Source: Blastocystis sp. subtype 4 (taxonomy: Eukaryota). Taken from it: DNA of 34,069 bases. How positions within the stretch are numbered: position 1 is the stretch's first letter; every line of letters begins with the position of its first letter. The notes under the pieces are model-generated. The model ran no database searches and was not told the origin of the DNA. It was given only the letters and a program-made list of their open reading frames with translations. The stretch is taken from positions 1 to 34,069 of the forward strand of contig NW_014569457.1 of NCBI RefSeq assembly GCF_000743755.1, given 5' to 3'. This document shows positions 21,712 through 32,750 of this stretch, in pieces. Made by a program: the position numbers and the translations under genes.

Positions 21712-22115
21712 ATGTTCAGCCGTGCTTGTTCCCAGGCAACTCGAATGACATCTCGAGTCATTCGAAGCAATGGAATGAAGAATGTGATCAAACGACACAA
21801 TCATGACCATGCTGGAACTCCTCCTCCTCCCTATGTGCAAAGAAGAGCTCCTACAAAATCTGTACGTATAATATTCGATTGAATTGCTAATGTGTAGCTT
21901 TCTGAGCATGCAGAACTCATTTGGGAAGATGGAGTGGCTCCTGAAACTGCTATCGATTTTGATGCGCAGAATGTGAGTACAGGTCATGCTTTTCTTTCTC
22001 CTTTGGGAAGGTGTGAAGCACTATGACCCTCCACATTTGGCTCGTTGCGTATGGATTCCTGGTTCAGGTGATCGTGTAGGTTCCTCGACAGAATCCTAAG
22101 GAAGTGAATCCTTAA
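21712..22115 (+). CDS. NDUFB8: Complex I accessory subunit NDUFB8-like (plant/stramenopile type), frame-disrupted in the TM region
   Basis: Targeting peptide MFSRACSQATRMTSRVIRS, then PPPYVQRRAP and ELIWEDGVAPETAIDFDAQNVS. The downstream LWEGVKHYDP...VPRQNP* lies in another frame. Confidence 0.75.
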
Positions 22116-22170
22116 CTTGTTACTATTATTTACAACGGTTCGTTTGTTACAAACAGCAAAGAATTAGTAA

Positions 22171-25100
22171 TTAGACATAGAACATCTTGTCCTTCATCGA
22201 ATAATCGAAATCAAAGGCAATTTCGGATTCAGCAATCTTCGAGCTGACACTAGCAGAGTCATCACCATCACTAACGCGCAGAATATCACGAGCACGGAAG
22301 CAAAGGAGATGAGCATAACGAGCAGGAGCACAAATGCCAATTGAGCACATGCAACGGTTAAAGAGATGACACAAAGCAAATGTGAAAGACTCCATTGATT
22401 CCATCGAAAGATCGTTATCGTCCACCAACGTGGTATAACGGCACGAACGACCTGTTCCCTTGATCGTCGCGTGAGACTGTAAATAGAACTCTGTGTGGTT
22501 CTTACTCACAATGCCCTGATCAACAACAAGGCCAGGCTTAGCATTGCCTAACTTATCCGCATCCTTAGGTTCAGGGAAGAACTTCACAGAATGACGCTTC
22601 TGACACACTACAAATGTCAGCTTCAGTTCATCAGGATAGGCAGGAAAGCAACGATGGAAGGCAATATAGATCTTTGGTATTTCTTCACGTAACAGCAAGC
22701 TGAACATCCCATCGCCAACACCATCACGATAGAAGATCACAGAGGAAGGAACTTTTCTGTTCTTGCGATAGTAATTATGGAACAATGTCTCCATCATTGA
22801 CACCATATCTGTGATGACCTCTTGACTACGACGCTGGACATGAGCCTCACCAGCATACTGTGTGTAGTCCTTATCAAAGGTTCCCACAACCGAAGCAATT
22901 GAGAAACTCTTTTCTCCAGGCATGGGATGTGTCACGTCAGCTCCACACACCATCACATCATCTAGTTTAATTTGACGACCATAACAGATCTGATTCTTGC
23001 CTCCTAATTTAGCATTGATCTTCTGAGCAATGTTAGAGCAATAACCTTTCTGCAATCTTTTCTTCATAGTCTCAGTAACAATACACTGAGAAGGGATCAT
23101 TAAAACAGTATCACTAACACGTTTAACCTCCTTATACTCTTGTGGATTGGTACCACTAACAAAGACAAAGATCATGTCAAATCTGATATTCTGTTGAGCA
23201 GCTTTATCAACTTCATTACGAAGATCTCTTTCTAGATGACCGCATGTTGATTTAATCGCCTTCGTCTGTTTAATAGAAATTGGTACAATTCGACTCAATT
23301 CAACGAAGAAAGATTTCATAGATTCGTCACTAGCTTGAGAATCCAAACTCACAGCAATATAATTCTTAATAGTCTTATGCTCCATAAACTTGTTGTTATA
23401 TCTCCAAGTACCATTCACAGGGTCTACACATTGTGCACCACATCGAATCTTAGGTGCAGGAAGCATGTAACCATCCACTTTCTCCAGAACTTCCCCAATG
23501 CTCATATCAAAACTTGATAGTAAACGGAATTTCGACTTATCAGAGTACAAATAATCAGTAATCACCTTCTTGTTCTCAACTGGAGGAGAAGATGCATGCT
23601 ATCAATCATTCACTTCATTATCTCTTACCCTAATCATTGCACATACCTGAGAAGGAGACAACAAGTGATTATAACGTTGATTTGGCTTCACATACAAGAC
23701 TTCAATTGGAATGAATACCTTAGAGGATGTTTCCACTAAAGGAGCTTTGAGATAGTGGAGTTTCGTATGGTATGTAGTACGATAATACTCAGCCACTGTA
23801 ACTTCCTTATCCTTACCATTCTCATCCACCTTAAATTTGCATGTCGTAGCATTCATATTACTGAATTTACGAATCGTGTATTGACGTGAATAACCTTGAT
23901 ATTTGGTAATAACCTTAACACCACACAACATATTCGATAACTACGGATCACACTGTAATCATATGACTACGTCCTTTATCATCTTAGGACTGATCATTCC
24001 AGTACCATTATCAAAGTTATGACCACAGATACTCTTCACAGTACCCAGTAATGGGCCTTGGATAACGAAACTACTGGCTGTCTTGTCCACAGACATAAGC
24101 AGACCACGTTCCGTCATTCGGAAATTATAATTTACTCCAAGTCGTCCTTCTAAGAAACCCTTGTCAATCCCGAAAGTATTTCCGAAGAAGATTCTAGTTC
24201 CAACACAGTACAGCTTTCTGTCTCTTACAACTACATCAGTCTCTCACTTATCAAGTGCTGTTTCAAACGTTATAGCATTGGATAAGGCCTGGATGAAACG
24301 CTCATTAGCATCTACACATGGTCAATGAATGAAAGAAACACCTGTCTCAAGATTAGTTATAGTGATTGTTTCGGTAGGAGTCAACGTCACTTCCACTTGA
24401 CGTTTTTCGTCCAGAGGAACCTAGAAATCAGACGGATCCTCTGTGCTAACAGTAAAAGTGGTCTGTGGGATACTCTCACCAGAGAAGAAAAGACTCTTGA
24501 AATCTGACCAGAAATTGTTCTTCAGACTCTCCATACAAGCAGAATCCTGGCGCAAGTTCATGATCACAGTCATCATCTCTTCCTTGTTGAAAGAAGCACT
24601 CTTCCTATTTTCATTGTTAACAACAACAAGCTTCATATCATATTTGTAAATCGAAAAGGGGCGTATCGCACGCCACTTTAACGCTACCAGACTTGTAGTA
24701 ACCGAAATACCTGAACAACGAGAAGATAGCTTCTTAGGTGCTATCTGGAACGTGCTATCATTGTACTTTTCCATCAACTGCTCTTCAGTCATCTTCTCAA
24801 CAGCATCCGAATCTGGCTTAGGTACCTGTTGAGGGGCAGGTCTAGATATCTGAGGAGCTGTACCTAATTCAGAACGAGGGGCACCGAGTGCCCAAACACC
24901 ACGAGGACCCCATGCGGGAGCCGGCTGACTAGGAGCAGTACTAACAGGAGTCTGAACGGTGGGATTTGGCACTTGTTGAGCCGGCTCACCACCAGACGCC
25001 ACAGCAGCAGAGTGGTTGCGAACAAGGTTCAGCGGACGCGGAGTTTTAGTATGTTGCCGAACGGGAGTTTTCCCACTAGCCTTATTACCTTCTGGAAGAT

Positions 25101-25277
25101 CAGTTCAATAGTAGTTAATCTCACCTATAAGAGCGCTTCCACTTCCTTTTTTTACATTTTTCTGTTTATTATTCTTATTAGACTCATTATTATTTGGTTT
25201 CTTGTTACCAGAATTCTCTAGTATTTTGAATAGATCCCCTTACCATTACTTTTCTTTTTCCCATTATAATTAGGCAT
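22171..25277 (-). CDS. AGO: Argonaute (N, PAZ, MID, PIWI), multi-exon
   Basis: PAZ (TVAEYYRTTY...IPIEV); MID (YKEVK...IPSQC...KINAKLGGKN); PIWI GADVTHP, QEVI, YRDGVG, QKRH, FYLQSH, GTGR, PARYAHL; C-terminal MFYV*. Confidence 0.97.
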
Positions 25278-25586
25278 TGTCAATTAAAATCTTCACAAAA
25301 GATTTAGTGAATCTGAAGTATCAGATAGAGACACTGTATCCCCGTGGTATTTTGAAACGTAACTTACTGAAATCTCAATAAGCTGTCAATCTTCAAGTAT
25401 GATCCGGCTTCAAAGGGTCTAATGGAGAATTCAAAGTATTTCAGCATTGATCCGTACGTCCATGTGAGTATTCGGCATGGCGCAATCAAGCCCTATTCTT
25501 GGGAATTCAAACACGATTCGAAACACGCATTAAATGATATTCTAAGCACGAAGATGTATTTATTATTCCAGTAGAATTCATTCAAT

Positions 25587-26476
25587 ATGTCTTCGATGCT
25601 GGATCTGCGAATCAACGTTTTAGATGGAGATCCTTTCAATCTGTCAATTGCATCAGATGCTACTGTTGGACAACTTAAGACATCAATAAAAGAAAAGAGT
25701 GGAATTGAGGAGCAATTCCAAGTTCTATTATATCTGGGACATGTAATGGATCAAGAAAAGACATTAGTCGATTATAACATTCATTCGGGTGTCTGCATTC
25801 AACTAGTCAATCATCGGGTTGGTGCTGAACAGATGTCTGACCGTTGTAGCCATTACCAGAATCTCCATCTCCTTTAAATCCTTCAGAAAGTGAAGAGATC
25901 GAAGAACCAACAATCCGAACTTCATACGTGGTGTATTTACCATTTCGAGTAACGGAAACAACAAGAATTCCATTAGGTGAGTCTCGTTCCGAGCGTATTT
26001 CCACTGTCGAACAGACATCCCCTTCGATGAACTCACCGGAACAGGGATCACCACTTCTACAAGGTGCTCCACCTGTTCCAAGACCGGAAGAGACCAATCT
26101 TTCACATTCCCAAGCTCCTGTGTTAGCAATTCCAACTACTATGGATGCCCCTCGCTTTCCTGTCCATCCAGAGACACAACTCTCTCGTCTTCGATCTCTT
26201 TCAGATCAGATTAATGAAGGCAGTCGAACACTCGAAGAAGTATCAGCATTATGAGTTGTTTACATATAGTCAATGGGTACTCTTCCAATTGGTCATTCTA
26301 CCTTTCATGCACTTATTCACACTTGTGATCAGTTGATATCGTCAATTGGTGATCTATATCACACCGTATATAATCGACAAGAAGGAGAACAGAACCAGGA
26401 AGCCCGTGAAGTCTTACGAGAAGCTTTTTCAACTCTAGAACGAGTGAGTTCTGTTATCACTCAAAGAATGTCCTAA
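25587..26476 (+). CDS. Ubiquitin-like domain protein (BAG6-like N-terminus), 2 introns
   Basis: UBL domain TVGQLKTSIKEKSGI...QVLLYLGHVM...TLVDYNI...IQLV. The intron at 25818-25849 joins it to a Pro/Ser-rich linker and a helical C-terminus. Confidence 0.75.
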
Positions 26477-26491
26477 GAATCGTGACGAGTA

Positions 26492-26499
26492 AACAAACA
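26492..26499 (-). terminator. GU-rich polyadenylation element TGTTTGTT (PARN)
   Basis: Perfect consensus, 4 nt downstream of the in-frame T at 26504. Confidence 0.85.
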
Positions 26500-26503
26500 T
26501 AGA

Positions 26504-28534
26504 AACAATTGCGAACACACTGTTTGTTTACAAAGCACATCTCTTCATAACGAGAGAATCGCGAAATCACCAGATCCTTCATCATCACATGACGATTCAT
26601 GAAGTCCGTAGGCATTTCTACATTAAAGACAAATAGAAGACGAACTGTATCTTGCTCCTTCACTTTCTTCTGATGTAACTTCCGTCAGCCAATCCTCACA
26701 TACTTTTGAAACAATATCTTTTGAAGGAAGCTTCACCAGTAGTGTGAAATCATCCAGCCAATTATAGAAAATACCTGAACTCACTCCATATCTGTTCTTG
26801 AAGAATGTTGAGAAATGCTTCGTATTCAACCACTACAACTGATTCTCATTTCCATCATTCACAGGAGCAATATTTTCAATCACCAATACATCATCTCGAT
26901 CACAGAGTTCTTCATGATATTGATTCAGGAGATTGTTGTAGAGAGAAAGACGAAGAGGCATAGAGTGGTTCATATGATACAGATTCACATGATTCAACTT
27001 CTCTACAAACGATTTCATCATTGGTGGTAACTCCTTCTGTTTCTCTGGATTCTCTAAAAGGTCTGTGAACTTCAGTACATCTAAATTGGATTCCAATCAC
27101 ATTCGTACTCTCTCGCTTCATCCCACAACGATATAAGAGTTTCACAAACAGCACCCCAGTCATATAAGCATCATGAGCTTCGGTTCATCCTACACACATC
27201 TTCCTACCAGCATCATGAGGTGAAATGTTGCCATCATCAATCAATGCACTCAGAATATCCGGCTCACCATAATACACGTCATGAACCTTCTCATAAGCCT
27301 TGCTGAGACTACACTTGTCCAACTCTTCATCCTCAAGGAATGGTAATTCAACAATCACCTTCATGTCCACAAGCACTTTCAGTTCTTCTATCATCACAAG
27401 GAAATCAACGAGTCGTTTCGGTAACTCTCTGTAGATTCCTCCAATCATAAATGCTAAATCTCCCATTGCTTGGAATCCAATGAGTGGCTTCTGAGATTGA
27501 AGTATCGCTTCTACAATACGTCTTACACCAGCATGATTGCAGATATCGGGAATCTGACGCGTTGCCACTTCAGACGGTTTCTTCGTCAAGTAAACACGAG
27601 TATAACGGGATTTACTCTTTCCTAACGACTATCCATTAGAATCAACTACTATCCAAACCGCATTATCATCATCTGTCTCTCTCATACAGAGGAACGGATA
27701 CATGTGACCCACGAGTTGATAGAGGAGTTTACGCTTATGTGAATCAAAGGGACCGAGGAGAAGAGTATGAGTCACAGGAATATCGTCTTCATCTGAGACG
27801 GGAGAGGTTGTAGCCGCATTGACTGTACTGAGCCATTGATCGATCTGTTGAATCGCCTTCTCGATTTCATTCTTTTCTTTTTCATTCTTGTAGTCGTAAC
27901 GATCAACGCTCATGCGCATGCAATTGAGGATCTTCTCTTCATCGCTCTTTCTTAGTGTTGGAATCCCCTCAGAAAAAAGACGTCCAAACTTGAAATTATG
28001 TTCACGAAGGAAACCAAGTGTGGAAGCCTTCTCTTGACTTCTCATCAAGTTCCTACTCGAATCGACAAATTAGGATTATTGAGCTTATGAGCGTACGGAC
28101 TTATGAAGAAATTAAACGGTCGACTTCGATAGCTACAATGAATTGAACAGCAAAATCGTACCACTGTCTCGCGTTATCCCATGTGAAGCAGCAGATTCCC
28201 AACTAGAAATAAAGGATAAGTGAAGGAATCACTTCAATCGGGTAGAAGTTTTCTGCACTAACTATTAAATCCATTCAAAAAATGATACTCTACACGGTAC
28301 TTTGCATAACGGGTTTCAAACTATACCATTACATAATTCAACAAAGCGTACTGTATCCACATACACACTTCTGAAATAGGACTTATAATCCGTTCCACTA
28401 AATTCTAGATCAAAGGCGATGAAATCACAGGTGTTGATCGTTTCGATGATCGAGGGATAGTGCATTTCAAAGTTATTCTCTGTAATATCTACTGCCACTT
28501 GGAAATTCACCAAAGATTCATGAAGGAACTCCAT
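26504..28534 (-). CDS. PARN: Poly(A)-specific ribonuclease PARN-like (CAF1/DEDDh, R3H, RRM-like); predicted poly(A)-created stop
   Basis: DITENNF...DFIAFDLEFSG, FNFFISP, LGFLREHNFKF...GIP, R3H (SHKRKLLYQ), KPLIG, spliced HDAAHDAYMTG. Confidence 0.9.
26521..26528 (+). terminator. TGTTTGTT element (UBL gene), antisense within the PARN last exon
   Basis: First perfect consensus after the UBL stop at 26476. Confidence 0.7.
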
Positions 28535-28588
28535 ATGTAAAGAATAGTTTAATTGTACAAACATCAAACCCATGAAAACGAAGATCAT

Positions 28589-30881
28589 TTAACGTCTCGT
28601 AGCAAAATAAAGCATGACTAGTGCAAAAATCGCCAAAGCAGAAATGATCTGCGTGGATGTAATTTGGAGAGGTCCAACGATAGCTTTAACTGTTGAATCA
28701 TCCATCTCCATTTTCTGTATAGTCTTCTGAGCAGCACTCTGTGCATCACGTACTAGAGTACAGTAAGGACATTTATTCTACAATAAGAATGGGATAAAAA
28801 CTCTTACATCAGCTGAAAGAGTCTTCACAAGATTACACTGACAATTAGGACATTTACGATTATCCACAATTTTGTTATCTGTCTTTGTTTTCAGAACATC
28901 TTCTCCTTTTAATGTATCACTCAAAAGACGAATATAAGACTGAAGTGATGATTCCACATAAGTCTTTCCAGCAGCTTTGAGTTCTTCTTCCTTCTTCTTA
29001 GTGTCAGCAACTTGATTCTCAATCTTCTGTGTCATTTCAGTCAACTTCTGTTCAAGTTCACCAATTCTCTTCTCTGTCTCGGTTACCTTCTTTTCAGCTT
29101 CAACTTGCTTCTTCTCAGCCTCAGCAACCTTCTTCTCTGCCTCTACTGTTCTCTTCTCAGCTCCAGTCACCTTTTGCTCTGCTTCAGCTCGTTTCTTCTC
29201 AGCCTCAGCCACCTTCTTCTCTGTTTCCTTCATTGCTTCAACTACCTTCTTCTTGGCATCACTCTCCTTTTCTGCATTGTTTGTAACTTCTGCCAATTTC
29301 TTCTCAGTTTCAGAAACCTTCTTGGTAGCCTCAGTAATTCTCTTCTCAGCATCCGAAGCCTTCTTCTCAGCCTCAGCAGTCTTCTTTTCTGCTTCTGACA
29401 CCTTCTTGGTAGCTTCTGTAAGCTTCTTCTCAGCATCCGAAGCCCTCTTTTCAATTTCAGCAGTCTTCTTCTCTGCTTCCATTGCTCTCTTCTCAGCTTC
29501 AGAAACCTTCTCAGTAGTTTCTGTTAGTTTCTTCTCTGCTTCTGTTGCTCTCTTCTCAGCCTCCGTTAGTTTCTTCTCTACCTCCTTCATAGCACCAGCT
29601 CCCTTCTCTTCTGCCTTCTGCTCTGCTTCCGTTATTCTCTTCTCTGCATCAGCAATCTTCTTCTCAGCCTCAACAGTCTTCTGCTCCGCTTCCGTTGCTC
29701 TCTTTTCAGCCTCAGATACTCTCTTCTCTGCATCAGCAACCTTCTCTTCAGCATCAGCAATCTTCTTTTCAGCTTCCTTCACATCAGCAGCAGCCTTCTT
29801 TTCAACTTCAGCAACCTTTTTCTCAGCTTCAGTTACATCTATAGCAGCCTTCTGCTCAGTTTCTGCAATCTTCTTCTCTATCTCCGACACCTTCTTCTCA
29901 GACTCAACAACTCTCTTCTCAGCTTCAGTCACCTTCTTCTCGGCTTCAGCCAATCTGGCCTCTGTCTCCTTCACAGTCTGAGTAGCATTCTCGTTTGCTT
30001 CGGCTACCTTCTTGGCACTCTCAGTCATGGCTTCTTCGACTTTCTTCTCGGCTTCAGCAACAGCCTTCTTCATGTCTTCATTCGCCTCACGTAACTCTTG
30101 TAACTGTCCATTTGAGGCACGAAGTCTCTCTAATTCATTCTCACTCTGACTAAGATGCTCCTTGCACTCGGCTAAAAATTGTTCCTTCTCTGCACATTTG
30201 TCTTTCAAGAGTGTCACCATCTGTTGCATTGTATCGATTTCTTCTACCTTCTTCTGCATAAGATCCAGTTCTGATTTTAGTCCTTCTTTATCGGCTCTTT
30301 CCTGCTTCAACTTCGCTTCATGAGCCTCAATGTCTTTGCGAAGTTGAGAAGCTTCCTCCTCCAGAGTCTTGAAACTCTTCTGAGATTCCCGAAGCTTTGC
30401 TACCTCCACCTCCAAGGCATCGATGCGTTCCTTCTCAGCAGCAACACTCTTCTCCTTCTCTTCGATCGTGCTGTGCAATGTCTTTCCCTCTGCTTCAAGA
30501 TTCTTAGCTTTGTCTTGCTCAGCCTTCAGACGAGTCATCAATCCCTTGTTAAAATCCTGAAGCTTTTGGTACTTCTTCTCCCACTCGGTATCACTAGTTT
30601 GCTTTTTAGCTTCCATAATCTGCATACTCAACTTTGTTACCACAATTCCGAGAGCCTTATTAACAGCATCACGCTCCTTGGGATTAGATACTTTACTCAA
30701 AACGTTATCACAAAGGGCCTCAACACTGCTAACATCGTCTGTACCCTTCTAAATATAATATTCATTCAAAATGATTCTATACATTTCCACTCACCTGACT
30801 CTGACGAGTCATGGTTCCCGAAGCAGGAGAGCTGCTCGAGGAAAGATCAGTTGCTAAACCCGCACTTACGGCGTTGTCCAT
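28589..30881 (-). CDS. Long coiled-coil tail-anchored membrane protein (golgin/tether-like)
   Basis: A 640 aa central exon of coiled coil. Flanking exons give MDNAVSAG... and a C-terminal TM, IISALAIFALVMLYFATRR*. Confidence 0.75.
29060..30070 (-). repeat. Degenerate 21-nt tandem repeat encoding heptads AEK(K/R)xxE
   Basis: Recurrent ttcttctcagc/ttctctgc units on the + strand; translation AEKKVTE AEKRVVE SEKKVSE IEKKIAE... Confidence 0.9.
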
Positions 30882-30997
30882 CTTCCTAGAATTCTTAGCA
30901 CTCATGGAATACACCTTCTTCTCGAATCAACTTCAAATACTGGCAGTTCTTAATATCGATTCATCCCCGTGGAAAGTTCTGATACAAGGTTTTCTGA

Positions 30998-32733
30998 ATG
31001 CTCCGTTTTCTGAGTCGATCTTTCAGCAAAACTGCAAGTATCGCAAAGAATACTGGGGTTGTTCGAAGTCCTCCCAGTTACTCTGCCAAGACTCCAATTA
31101 CCAATGAGGAGTTTGCAGAAATGATGAAGAAGTGTAATCTGAATCCAGTCTACTTGTTTAGAGAATATGATCCGTAGAAGGCTAGTCACAAGCTAATTGT
31201 CGCACTATCTGGAGGTCCTGATAGCATGGCTCTCCTTTCTTTGATGAAAGAATGGACATCGGTGTCACGATTAGTTGCTGTTACTGTAGATCACAGTTTC
31301 CGAAGTGGTATTATTTACAATTTTCTATTCATCGTCTAGAAAGTGGAAAGGAAGCAGAGCAAGTCCATCAATGGGCAACATCAATGAATGTGGAACATAT
31401 TATTAGGAAGATCGATTGGGTAACTCATGTAAAAAGGAATTATGGAATAGAAGGAAGAATTTCCTTCCAAAACACAACAAGAAAAGGAAGGAAGAGAGCA
31501 ACGATACAAAATTCTGTTCTCTGCATGTATCGATTATAAGACAAGGGATGTCATTTTGGCTCATCATGGAGATGACCAAATCGAAACATTTCTCATGCGC
31601 CTATACCGCGGAAGTGGAATCAATGGATTAGCTTGTATGCGGTCGGTTCAGGAGATGGATGATGGGACAAGACGAATCCGTCCTCTTCTAGAGGTTTCAA
31701 AACAGCGGCTCCTAGCTACTTGCAAAGAACGATCGATTCCATATGTTTTTGATCCATCAAACTCGGATCTGCAATATGATCGAAATCGCGTTCGATACGG
31801 TGTATCATTGCTTCGAGAAAAAGAGAATATCGATGTGGGAAGCTTTCTGCATGCTATTCACTTCTTTCAACAGATTCGTGATCAGTTATCAGAGGAAGCA
31901 ACAAGTGCTATTTTGGCTTGCTGTGAATATAATCAGGAACTTGGAATCTGCCGAATCAATACAACTATTCTTTCTACGTATCCAGAAGCCATTGTATCGA
32001 GTGTGCTTCGGATGGTCTGTTCCAATATCAGTGGGGTGATGTTACCCAGCGAGAAAGCAATTCAAAGAGTCACTCAGATACTCTGTACAGAAGGTCGATT
32101 GGACAAGTCCATGCAAATCGCGGGATGTGTGGTCACAGAATTGAAAATGGGTTCTTCTGTATATACAAAGAAGAGTAAGAATAAGAATCAGTGGATCTGT
32201 GTGTGTATCGATAGGAATCAGTTACCACAACGAGCTGTTGATACGTGAGTGAGAGAAATCATGATAATCACTAGTCATGCTGTGGATTTGCATTTAAATG
32301 AGCCAATCACCTATATCCAACAGTACCAGATTTGTGCCCATAAAATGCAATTGGATCCCAAACAGTTGATGACTGTGAAACCACTCCCATTTATTCGAGA
32401 CCTGGATCCTTCACAATCACCTCTCTCAGTCTCCTTTCTTCCAGATCCAGTACAAGAACGTTTGCTTAGTGATGAATAGACGCTTCAGAGAATCCTCTGT
32501 CTCAATCGAGGATTGTTAACTCGACGGAATTTGAGTGATGTAATTGCTAGGAGTATTCCTGGGATCTTTGCTATGATGTGGAAATGAGATGTATCCTTAA
32601 TTATAGACAAGGGAAGCGTGAATTAGTATATTCACCTGTTCTTCAAGTGAGTCGAGTTACAAACATCAAATTCTCATTTCAACGTATTCATAAACAGTTG
32701 TTTAGTAACATGAAACCATGGGTCATTTATTAA
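30998..32733 (+). CDS. tilS: tRNA(Ile)-lysidine synthetase, with an organellar targeting peptide
   Basis: MLRFLSRSFSKTAS N-terminus; PP-loop VALSGGPDSMALL, VTVDHSFR, ARERRY, LAHHGDDQIETFLMRLYRGSG, IRPLL, DPSN...YDRNRVR. Confidence 0.92.
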
Positions 32734-32738
32734 TACTC

Positions 32739-32746
32739 TGTTTGTT
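32739..32746 (+). terminator. TGTTTGTT element (tilS)
   Basis: Perfect consensus 5 nt after TAA. Confidence 0.8.
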
Positions 32747-32750
32747 AAGA

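Noticed and set aside
22171..28534. Argonaute plus nearby nuclease as a prokaryote-style defence operon
   Set aside because: Both are intron-containing eukaryotic genes separated by an oppositely oriented UBL gene; adjacency alone is not evidence.
29253..29981. 242 aa S/A/F-rich plus-strand ORF (also 29012-29398 and 30320-30889)
   Set aside because: Antisense shadows of the coiled-coil repeat exon.
29060..30070. Periodic repeats as a CRISPR-like or mobile array
   Set aside because: Degenerate, in-frame 21-nt coding heptads with no constant repeat plus unique spacer structure.
32591..32598. GTATCCTT, a possible U12 5' splice site in tilS
   Set aside because: It lies inside an ordinary ~29 nt GT-AG intron, only ~16 nt from the AG, too short for a U12 intron.
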